The position numbers were made by a program, and so were the translations under genes. Below, one piece after another: positions 11,862 to 22,789 of a stretch of 64,000 nucleotides of DNA; the stretch's first letter is position 1; the number at the start of each line of letters is the position of its first letter. The DNA lies in the NCBI GenBank assembly GCA_002633005.1, contig NMRA01000026.1, forward strand, positions 891,073 through 955,072, written 5' to 3'. The stretch is from Phoronis australis (lineage: Eukaryota; Animalia; Phoronida). The notes under the pieces are model-generated. The model had not been told where the DNA came from and made no database searches. It worked only from the letters and a program-made list of their open reading frames with translations.

Positions 11862-14800
11862 ATGTATTTTAAGCGTATTCAGCAGGTAAAGTCAACGGCG
11901 AGATATGGCGATTTGTAATGAAATAAAAAGAAACAATGGATTTTATTGTTTTATAGCCTCATTCAATGCTATTAACATCAAAAAGTCTATCCTACTCAAC
12001 AATAATCACAGATTAATGCGTTTCAGTCGTCTTGTTCTTTATGCCTATGGCCGGACCCGAGAAGCATGGGAGGCCGGAAGGAGAAAGAAATCTCAAGACC
12101 AACAATAAATTTTTATAGGTGTGACAAGACCGTAAATGTTTATGTCACATTATGTCGATCCGTTGGGAGCGTTGACCCAGGCGGCAGAATGGTGGCTCCC
12201 ACAATGGGCGGATGTAGGATACCGGCATAAGGGGGGGCAACATATTGCCTCGAAAAATTGGGCAAAGCGCGATTGTATGCACAGGCGCCCCGAAAGTTGC
12301 TGGGGCCGGCGATGTGAGCTGCTGTTCTCAAAACCTATCGGAGGACTAAAAAAAATAAAAGAACGGCAACACGATTCCGCCGGGTTCCGTGGCCTCTTGA
12401 GCCNCGCTGCCATTCCTAGTTAGTGAACTCCACATTTCCTCACCCTTCACGCTGTTGCTGTTTAATTTTGCTTGTACCAGCCAATGGGGGGCGGGCCCCC
12501 TGCCCCCCTTAAATCCGCCTATGTCCCATTACTTATCAATCTTCTCATAAATTTTGGGAGGAGCCTTGTTCGCGACCCAGCGGGCGGTCGAAAGGTGTGA
12601 CCAACGGGGAGAATATGATCGCAATATATGAGGTGGGGCTATAAAACTTGCGACGACAAATATTCAGATTTTAACGTCCAAACTCACTCGACTAAGACTC
12701 AGACTCTAAATTTAGACAATCTCGCATTATGATTCGAGTACAAATTTGTAAGTTTACTGTAAGCGTTCCAAGTCGAATTTCGACTACAGAGACAACTGGG
12801 CGGCACCAGTAGAGGCTCACTCAATGTTTCCGAATCCAATACAAGTGTTATTGTTATTTTCGCGACCCCAGCGCCAGCATTTGTTTTGACAATCAGCAAA
12901 CCTGCTAATCAGAATGTCAACCTGAGGCATAGCACAATCAATCTTTTGTTGGACATGAGGTGTGAAGTAGTTTTCCACAACTATGGGTTGTTGCGACATC
13001 GTTAATTTGAGATCTCACCTTGTTTGGCGAAATGCCGTTGTCCAACAGGCATTTTGTGAATGACGAAGTCTAGTTGTTATTGTAATATGAACATACCTTA
13101 TTCTGTTTTAATAATCAGACGCTGGACTACAACGTTGGTGCGCTTTTTGCTACGAGACTCTCTTCCCATTTATCAAATATAGATACAAATATCATAAGAG
13201 AGAAGGTAAAATTAAAACTAATTTTCGCCCTGTTTAGCCGATTTAGAACTTTTACGATACTCTCGTAAAATCGACTTCGCCGTGATAGGATTCTATGTCC
13301 GTTACTAAATCAAGTAACTGTTATGTTCGTGGTTTTCATTAAACTTGCAGAGTCCAAGTGCAAGAGCCGGTTTCGGGAATTCGCAATTTTAGGATCGTTT
13401 AACCCCTGATGGTTTCGATGTTCTTGTTAATAACCTAAAAAATCCTATCACAGTAGCAAATATTTTACGAGCGATTTTATTAGAGTAATAAAAGACCTAA
13501 TTATGTTTTTGTTTTAGCCAACAGTTTCGAATATCCATAAATTCTTTTGGATGTTGTTGAGATGGAGGACGATGTATGCCTTTAAAATTGTCTAGGGGAT
13601 GAAAATCTACATTCATGGATGTATTCTTTGTAATGGACTGCGGGTATCTTTCAAAAAAGTCCCAAAAAGCGTGAGTTTCGGACCATTTTGAAAACGTCGA
13701 CATTTTTTCTAGAAATTCATTGAACATTATATTACCGGTGAGCTGCGGCTGTTCACACCGCCGGGTAAAAAATACGGAAGAACTGACATCAGCGACATCC
13801 GGTGGAGTAGTCGCCTTTTATTTCAGGAATGCCGGAGGCCAGTTCCTCAACGCAAGATGCTCGCTGATGACGTGCTTAGCGACATCTCGTGAGTACTTGC
13901 AGGATCTACCCGAACTCAAAACAAAGTATCCTTGTGGGAGGCAGCCCTGAACTTTGGTTACACTGCTTTCATCCAACTTGTTTATCAAAGCCGTGTGTGA
14001 CCGTAATAACAAAGTCACTTATACTACAATAACCATGTTTTGGTACGTGTCAAAAATAACTCTCATCACAGATACAATTGGTATTTTTGGCAAAAGCAAC
14101 GTCGTCGTGTTATTTTCCTTTGTTTGAATTGAAATTGCAAAAACACGCCTGGAATTTCCTCAACGGCAATACTGCTTCGGCGGCGGAAACTAACCTGTCC
14201 TGACAAGCACAGTTCATGAGCCTGGTCCGAAGAAAAACAAACAGTTGGTTTTCTCGAGACAAGATTCATTTCTAATCATGGTAATGTACAAGATGACCCA
14301 TTTTATAACCGTAAGTGGTAAATCATTTTTGACAGACGGACGGGTTAACTGCCCCTTTAACTAAGTTGCGTTCCCGGGGACTCTGCCTTACACCAGACTA
14401 TGTAAAATAAACGTTTTAATGTTAAAACTGTATTTCACCTTGCTTAGCTTGCTAAATGACAAAAATCGAATTAAGCATTTCAATCTGACGACGCCATAGC
14501 GATTTCTTGGACTAACTCCATTAATTGTAAGCTACATTATATTTTTCGTAACACACATTAGCAAAGAATCTGACAAAGATCTCCTGATTCTTCTTACCAA
14601 AGTAGGTTTCAATTCCGTTACCAATATAAAATATCGAAACCATTATCGACTCAATAAACGCTTCAAATTTAATTGGACAACCTTAAATTTGCAAAGTTTT
14701 AAGTGGCGCATGTACGCGTTGTCTGTATCTTGAGGACTGGAATTATGTCACAGTAAGAAATATTACGGAACCGACTTGGTAAGAGTAAACGGCCAGATTC

Positions 14801-15217
14801 GACTTAAAAGGTTTTCGCCATCTAAACAAGGCATACCCTATCGAAACAGAACCAGCGTTCGGTACACACAAGCTGCTCATTCGGTCAGCGTGCGATACAA
14901 ACCTGTGAGCTGCGAGGTTGCGGGCTTCCCACCGTGTATTGCATTCACAATCTGCTTGTATACCCCTCTTCCCGCTGCCACGTGTATTTCACTGTTTATT
15001 TAGCTACGTCATATGTTCATTCCACTTATTGCTTGATGATGAGACATGCAGTCTCGAAATATAACTAGTGTTTTAATTTGTTTGTTTGTTATGTCTCTCG
15101 GTGTTTTACTTCATACCTGCACACCTGCAGAAAGGAGACTATTCCGAAATTACGAGCGTACCAGTATCAAGCTTTTTGAGTGCCCTCTTGGAAAGCAGTG
15201 CTACCACTGAAGAGTAG
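11862..15217 (+). CDS. Six-exon gene of very small exons encoding an uncharacterised 84-aa protein
   Basis: Coding exons 11862-11885, 12716-12747, 13713-13737, 13827-13888, 14754-14778, 15131-15217, all GT-AG with phases 0/2/0/2/0. They give MYFKRIQQTISHYDSSTNLNSLNIILPECRRPVPQRKMLADDVLSDISKKYYGTDLKGDYSEITSVPVSSFLSALLESSATTEE*. An in-frame stop lies upstream of the ATG; AATAAA at 15252 and 15305. Confidence 0.6.
12203..12522. mobile_element. GC-rich MITE-like insertion (contains the N at 12404)
   Basis: Imperfect terminal repeats GGCGGATGTAGG...GGGGGGGC and GCCCCCCTTAAATCCGCC. Confidence 0.4.
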
Positions 15218-15253
15218 CAGCAGCAGCAGCAGCGGCAGCAGCAGTAGTAGTAA
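15215..15253. repeat. (CAG)n/(TAG)n trinucleotide microsatellite
   Basis: TAGCAGCAGCAGCAGCAGCGGCAGCAGCAGTAGTAGTAA, starting at the predicted stop codon. Confidence 0.85.
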
Positions 15254-15624
15254 TAAAGCTTGCAAACAATAAGTCTAGCCGGGTTTTGAACGAGCTTGCC
15301 TGTCAATAAACTTTTTCCTTTTTATGTTCTCTGGTCCTTTACCCTCGAAATTAAGACAAATTCAATCCTATTACCGATTCAGTTTACTTGGCCACATGTT
15401 AACTAATGCATTGAAAGCCAAGTCTCAACGTTTTTTTCTCAGGTGACCTACAATTTGCATATTTAGTACAGAAACTGAAGAGGAGATGATCGTAATTTTG
15501 GTATAATGTTTATATCCAATCTATTATTCACGGAGCAATTGTTTCCGAACATCAATGCTTACCGTGCTTTATTTTATCAATCAAAAAGTAAACTCGGTTA
15601 AGCATTTCCATTACAGGAGCATTG

Positions 15625-15815
15625 CCTGTGACCCGTGTTTGGCTGTCCGTTAACCGTGTTTCCTTGTGAATATGAGTGCGTGTCCCGTGTATTTGGGTGC
15701 GTGGATCGTGTTTTGTGAATCCGTTCCAGTGTTTGTGGGCAGTGGACGGTGTTTGCAGGTCCGTGAGTCGTGTTCATGCCTCCGTACCCGTGTTTATGAG
15801 TGCGTTGACCGTGTA
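15625..15815. repeat. Degenerate short-period CCGTG/GTGTTT repeat
   Basis: CCGTGT(T/A)T motifs recur; this explains the spurious Thr/His-rich ORF 15598-15861. Confidence 0.5.
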
Positions 15816-16009
15816 GTTTAGGTACCTTGTGTCTATAAGCGGTGCATTTCTTAGCTTTCAACGTATTCAGTACCGGTATGAAAAATGCCCCTCCAAATCC
15901 GGAAAGTCACTTGGGTACTGTTGTTCCCCTTCAGTTAACTTTAGTCGAAAGTATGACACCAAAATTCCAGTAGGCCTTTTATTAAAAGCTTCAACAGTAC
16001 AATTCACCA

Positions 16010-16857
16010 TCACATAGTTCCTTCGAATATATTCCGCCATACTGCAAACAGAAAAACACCGACCGCCAAAATAATCAGCGGATCAACGATTACGTCAAAC
16101 ACAGAGTCCCACGTCAACCAATCGGGAAATAGTCCCAGCTGTCCTCTGAGCGTATTTGATAAACACGCACCAATGGTACAACTACACGACCTCTTTACCT
16201 TCCTTGGCTTCTTGAAGGCTTTCAACTTGCGTTTTATCGTCTTTCTTAACCGCTTAGCCCGCTTGTTTCGCTCCTTCTTCTGTCTTCTAAACTCCTTGTA
16301 AAATTCGTTTGAATCAACCAGTGAATCTTCAAGCGCTACGAAAAACAATTCCAACGAAATCAAAGACGATTGGATTTGAATTCACTTCTTGGAAAATCCA
16401 TTAGTTCCCCAAAAGTTGCTCATGGTTAAACGCACAAACAACAATGACAGCATTGAGTATATCGACGCAGAACATGATTGGGTTGAAGGTGCTTCGTTAG
16501 TTAACAAAGAGTACACGAATATTCAAGCCTACTATATAAATAGAATATTCACCTCGCGAACGCCTCTCCTGAATTTCAAGTTCTCCTAGAATAAATAAAA
16601 AACTCAAAGCATGGGAAATAAAATATGACCACCACACGCTTTCACAGACACGGGAACGAAGATCTTGAAATGGATGGGGCAAATACAATACCTTCAACAT
16701 CTTCATTTCATCTATAGATAATAAAACAGACAGTTTATTTTCACTGCCGAATTCGCAAAATATTCAAACTTCAAATAGACATCAAAAATGGGATAGTCGC
16801 TTTGATATCGTTACCAATGTCGGCGATGCCGTTGACATCAAGCAGTAGATCTGTCAT
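16010..16857 (-). CDS. Small multi-exon gene for a ~133-aa protein with a Lys/Arg-rich segment and C-terminal transmembrane helix
   Basis: Exons 16857-16815, 16585-16553 and 16335-16010 with phase-1 GT-AG introns give MTDLLLDVNGIADIGELEIQERRSRALEDSLVDSNEFYKEFRRQKKERNKRAKRLRKTIKRKLKAFKKPRKVKRSCSCTIGAC...IVDPLIILAVGVFLFAVWRNIFEGTM*. AATAAA (minus) at 15983-15978. An optional 20-nt exon lies at 16711-16692. Confidence 0.55.
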
Positions 16858-17864
16858 TAATGAGACTTAACCTTAGTCGTCATCCGTTATCTTTCTTAAG
16901 TCTTTAGCAGTGGTGATTCCTAAACTATGATATTGCGTAATATTTATGATTGTAGAACTGAATAACGCGTAATATTTTCCCGTTTCTGGTGGCATTTAAG
17001 CTTTCTAAAACCAAGTTCAACACTTCTGCGAAATTAATTTATTAAAGAGGCATGGAACGCGAAAGCTTGTAAAAACATCTTTCAAATAATCCCTGACGAA
17101 AGTGCCATCTCGCAACGTCTACTACAAAGTTATTCACTTTCCCCTGTGAGGTAATTTCCAGAGAAAATCACAAACCTCACGATTTTTGAAATATGCGTTC
17201 AGGAAAAATTCTGTAGTAACCACAGAGTTTCTAATCTCTCTCCCACTTATGATAAATGCTCGTATGCTCACAGTCATTCCACAAACAGCTGACTGACAAG
17301 ATAGATATTTCAATTCTTAACAGAAGATAATTATGTGTAATCGCACAGCATGAGATAAGTCAGTGAAGCAAGCGATTTCCCAAAAAGAATTCCAAGTGCA
17401 TTTAAAATGTATGGGAATGCTACGATACTTTTATAACTAATTCTAAACAGCTAGAACTTGCATCAGTTGCCTCTTAATCGGAATGGCTGCTGCTTCAATT
17501 AAAGTCACCATTGTTTTGGTTACAAAAAGGTAGAAAGTCACATTTTCCTTATAAGAGAAATGTCTTGTATCTTTGTCTTGCCATAAAAATAAGGAGACGT
17601 GCTTTGCCTTGCAGAAGAAAAATCGAAGAAGTGAAGAGCAGGTGGCAGGTCGTTTGTGTTGAAATTTGAAACTAAAACAAAAATGCTTTGACATCAACAG
17701 AAATTCAAAATCTTTACAAACAAATCATAAAAAGCTGGTGAACAGGTTGAATTCTGTTTCGGCAGAGAACCTGTTTGAATAATGCACTTTAAACCGTTTT
17801 TCACGTTCCAGGCCTCTTTAATCTACGAAACACATTTTGATTCCACCATAAACAATCCCAAAAT

Positions 17865-20860
17865 TCAATTACTTTCATGGTCACAAGAGTCGCTCCATGT
17901 GCAGTAATCCAGAAAAGGAACGTGTGGAGTTGTCTTGTCCCGTACATAAGAAGAATACAACGTTCCGGGCACTCGCCACTTTGACAGATCTCTCACCACC
18001 GCATTAGAATGTAAATTGTCTTTCTCAGGCTGGTTAATGTCGTCTAAATTCATGCAATGAACACATTCGTCGCATTCCTTTTGTTTCTTCCTTTTAAGCT
18101 TCTTCGCTTTTAGGCGCGCTTTTTCCTTTGCCTCCTCGACTAGAGCTTCCTTATACATCCGTTTTCTAAGCACGCACGGAGGCGTTCCACGTGCACGACT
18201 CTCCCGCATATCCGCGCGCAAACGTCGAGTGAGCTCATCTTCATCGTAATTCGAGTTATTGTTCGAGCAGTTGAGAGCGCCAACATCGTTAATGATTGCA
18301 TTGAAGATACGCTCCGTATCACCGAGTCCACATTCAACACTGTCTACACCGTTTCCGATGTCCTCGTGGTAGGTATGTGCATTGGAGTTGTTCACACAAT
18401 TTTTACCATCGCCGAAGTGCAAGTATTTGACTTGTTGGTTCTGATTCACGTGCGTTTTGCCAACTTCGTACTTATCAGATTTACTGGATTTGATGTCAGA
18501 ACGAATGGGACTTGGAAAGTAAGTGTTGGGACCTTCAATCGACGGAAACGAAACAAAATCTTTTTGCCTCTTTTTATACTTCATCGACGAGCTGTTCATC
18601 TCTTTGTTTGCCCTCATGGGTGACTGGACTGGACGCCCTAAGTTGACCAATGACCTGCCACCCGACGCCCAACGGCTTCTCTTGTGTTCCGAAACAGGAT
18701 GTGAGTTTCTCGAGTCCTTTGCTTTGCCGATCAAGGGCTTGTCTCCATACATTTTCATTAGAGAGGAATGTCTTTTTGACCGTCGCGATGATCTATTTGC
18801 TTTAGATTTGTTCCCGTTGACATCGCACTTTTCATCGTTGTTTGCATATATTCTACTTCTGTCTCTTTGAATCAAACCTTCTATACTTTTCAACAACGAC
18901 TTTCTCTCCATGCTAGCTGGCTCTCCTCGACGGAAAGATAAGTTATTGCGCAGCGTCTCTATGGAAAAATCGCGCGAGGGTTTGAATTGCATTGCCACTT
19001 TCCTCATTTCCCTCTTCAATTTGTAATCCTCTAAAGCGTAGGAGTACATCTCGTGCGCATCACTCTTCCCCTTTTGACCGCCACGTGTCCCGTTTGGTTC
19101 CGCTGTCCGCGGCGAAGATGCCGATTCATTGGTGTGTGGAGAATCTAAAACACTGGGAGCACTGTAATATTTCAAGTTAACAAACTGGTGTGAAGGTTTA
19201 GTTTTTGCAAAATTACTCATAGAACGAAATGGCATTTTCTGTAACATGGATTTTCCACGTGATTCGTCAGTATTTATTACTTTAGCAGCTTCTGTGCCAA
19301 TGCTTCTCCGATTTCTTCGTTCTTCGCGAGTTCTTTCAACGAAAGACGGTTCCAGAAATGTTTCTTGACAAGCCTTCTCCAAAGCGGTAACAGTTGCAAG
19401 TGCATGCAATGTGAATGGTCCACAAGAGCTGAAAGAATCGACTAAGTTGTCTAGTTTGGTGGGGCTGGTGTCACTGTGGACGTTACTCTCGCTGCTGCTG
19501 TTGCTGCTCGACGAACCATCTGCAGCTCCCACGTGCAACTTGCTGGCAACCAAGCACGTGAGATGTCGGCGAAATAAATCCTCATTTGTATTCAACACAT
19601 ACAGGCTTTTGTTGACGTTCGAAAACGATTCCCATTGCGACACATTCCGGCTTGATGCTGACGTAGCCTACAAAAGAAAAACATCGATCGCCACGAGTGA
19701 CTTTTTCAGATGTGAGAGCTTGCTTGAAGGAGAATGAGGAATAGACAGATGGAGGAGAAGAAAAGGGGAGCGCAGTGTCGGGTGATTCCGATAAGCTAAA
19801 CAACTACAGCTTAGGGCCTCTCACAAAACAGGGACCCCATTCCGGCCGTCGCCACAAAGGCCCTCAGCGATTTTGTCGACTGGCTTTAGAGGAGACCGGG
19901 GAGGTAGCTCGAAAATCGCGACTTTCCGCCGGTATGATCGATGTTAAGGAATCAATAAGTCCATTAATTATTTCTGTGCAAGAATCAGAAATATTGCATT
20001 TTTTAAACACATGGTCGAAATTTAAACCAGTAACGTAGCGTCGCACGTGAATTTAGTTACCCGGCGTTCGTAGTTTTTTTAATTTAAAAGAAAACACGGC
20101 CCCCATTTTTGAAACCTCGAGCTTTTCTCATACTGTTACGGTAAGTAGTATATCCTTTTAACTAAAGGATGCGCGTGGCAAGACTTTTCTGGAGAGTGCT
20201 AAAGATTTCGCTACGAGACATGTCTTCTACATTCTGTAGTAAGAATTATATTATAACCCCTGTGCCGACCTGTCCGTCTCAGAGTAGGGAAAGGGAACAC
20301 AAAACGGCCGAATATGCATAAGTCGTATGGTTGAATGATCTAACTTGTTAAACTTACAGCCTTGTGTACTAGTTGCATTTTAGTGAGGCATTAACAAAGT
20401 ATGCCTTTGCTGTCACCTCGTCTTATCGGGACCTCTGATACCCACCTGAACAAATCACATGGGAACAGCCTTCTTACCATGAGGAGCCAATATCGTGATT
20501 TGTACTTATAAAAACTATAGTGATTGCAGAATACTAGAGTTTTGCATATTAAATATTATCATAATTACTCGTAAGATAGCAAATCGGACGCCTTTGTGAA
20601 CTCGCGCTGCGTCTGATTTGCTTACGTCCTTTAAAAATTTGCTCGTGTGAACAGGTTATGTCAATCAAGTAGTTACTAGTGAGAGATGTTGAAAGGCAAT
20701 GTCGCGGCTGTACATGATTCTGTGTACAACTTTGATTTTAAAATTTGGTCCAATTTTATGTTATCAATACAATGGTCAACGCGTCTCGTTTGTAGACCAG
20801 ACACCGTGCCCTCAGACGGCACTCGATTGAATCAGATTCACTTACCACTTCTGGTAGCAT
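17865..20860 (-). CDS. Two-exon uncharacterised ~605-aa Ser/Arg/Lys/Asn-rich protein
   Basis: Open exon 19667-17865 follows acceptor TTTTCTTTTGTAG (phase 0). A candidate first exon ATG CTA CCA GAA GTG|GTAAGT lies at 20860-20846. Basic helix and CDECVHC near the C-terminus; no family recognised. Confidence 0.7.
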
Positions 20861-22099
20861 TCTAAGTCTTTTTCAATGTTGAAAATCGCGTGCTGCATTG
20901 GAGCACGTTCGTAATTAGACTGACGTCAGACGATTATTCACGTGCGTTCTTTGGCATTGTTACTAAAGGCAGAGGTCTTTGCTATGAGCACTTCCTTGTT
21001 CAAAATCGTCGCTATACAATACGCAAAATTCAACTATGTACTTGTTTCAACACACATTTGACAAGGATCATAAAACATCGCTTTCGATTGAAGACCATAT
21101 ATCTGCGTGAAAGCATACTCGTATCTGTAAAGAAGCAGACAATTTTGTCGTACTTTGCGAATATAGGACAAGTCGCATGTTTTGTTGACAATTTCACAAG
21201 AGTTACGGAGTGATGGTATTGATAAGGATTCTAAATCAGTTAACAACAAGAACATCGTAGCATTTACGACTCAAGAAAACCCCGAAAAAATGCGGAGCGT
21301 GTGCGTAAGCATTAACTACGACTTGAGTTGACTATAATTCAAGATCGGATGAGCGTATTAATGTTTCTAAACCCCCAAAACACTTGAATAAAAAATCAAC
21401 ATTGCCAGGTTAACAGGCGAAATACAGCTATCAAAATTTTTGATTGTCTACTAGTTTTTTAATAAGCTAAATCAAAATTTAGCATCACCTTTAAAAAGTG
21501 CCATGCCCCATCTTAATATTTAAGGAGGACCGGAATGCGATAAACAGACTGAACTGCAATATTGAAAATGGTTCTCTACTTCTGAGACAAAATTCAACTT
21601 ATTCACTAGGTATTTGTATTTTTAGGGTTTGTTCTTAAAGGCTTTTAATGTCTGTTGATATCAAAGTATTTTCTTTTAGTTTCAAATTTCGAAAAAAAAA
21701 TGATCTGTCATCTGTTTAGTACACTTTCGTCGATCTTTCTCTCACAAGGCAATGCACGCCTCCTTCTTTGGTAAGGAAAGACATCGACGTAGGACAATTC
21801 TCTTATATATGGAAAATGTGACCTTTGACCTCAAGCGACTTCAAGCTACTGACTGTGAGCCCATGCGCGCACTTATCTTAAATGGGAGGGAGTGGTAACG
21901 TTTTTCCTTCTCACGTATTGTGATTTTTTTTCTGGAAATTTCCTCACAGGGGAAAGTGATTTACTCTGTACAAGACGTTTTTTTAATCGTAAACATTTAT
22001 TTCTCGTTCTTGCTAGTAATTCTTTTATTTTGCTCCCCCATGATTATTACATGTCACATAAAACAATACAGTATACATCGTTTACAAAGAATAAGATTA

Positions 22100-22789
22100 A
22101 ACATTAGTCAACAAGTACCGTATTTCATTCAGGATGTAATTTAATAAAGTTAATGAACAATTGGAAATTAAGGTTTTTTTAACAAACTTTTGGCTAAATA
22201 TGTAATTTTTGCTAACATGATCAACAGATTAATATTATAATTTTCCAACTGAATGTTTCCCAAAAAACCAAAAAACACTGCTGTCTTGTCCACATGAAAA
22301 TTTACATGATATGTTTGTTTTAACCACTCAGAAAACAGGAGCCAGAAACCGGATACAAGACGACAATCCCAAAAGAGATGGAGAAAAGTTTCACCGTGTT
22401 CACCACAGAAAGAGCATAGATCACGTGTTTTTATTTCAATTTTATGTAAATAAATGTTAGTTGGTAATATTCTGTGAATTAAGCGGTATTGAAACCAACG
22501 CAATTTTGTATCTTTTGTACAATTGAAGAGGAGTTTATTTACTTTTCTCCACAATGTATCAGAGTCACTAAAATTTACATTATTTATAACCGTTTGTATC
22601 TATCTCAGATTACCACTTGTTTTTATACTTACAAGCTGTCTGAAGTGACTGTACCAAGGTGTCATAAATACTTACCCCTTGCGATTTATTATGTAAAATT
22701 TTATAAATATAACTTGGAAAATTTGGGAAGAAGAAATTGCCTTGTCTATTCTTAAGACCCTTGTACGCTGCAAAGGTTGCACTTCTTAA
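22100..22789 (-). mobile_element. L1/Tx1-type LINE, 3' part of ORF2 (zf-RVT region), decayed
   Basis: KLRWFQYRLIHRILPTN...CSFCGEHGETFLHLFWDC matches the zinc-binding C-terminus of L1/Tx1 ORF2; stops and frameshifts present. Confidence 0.9.

Noticed and set aside
14293-14310. Possible extra 18-nt exon before the GTAAGT at 14311
   Set aside because: It has a weak acceptor and introduces TGA in the frame of the microprotein gene.
16010-16453. In-frame TGA at 16384-16382 read as selenocysteine or readthrough extending the 117-aa ORF
   Set aside because: The TGA lies in a predicted intron (16552-16336) with a good acceptor; no redox motif or SECIS seen.
17181-17210. Candidate 30-nt upstream exon of the tail-anchored gene
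   Set aside because: It is phase-compatible, but has a weak pyrimidine tract and no upstream start exon was found; the ATG at 16857 suffices.
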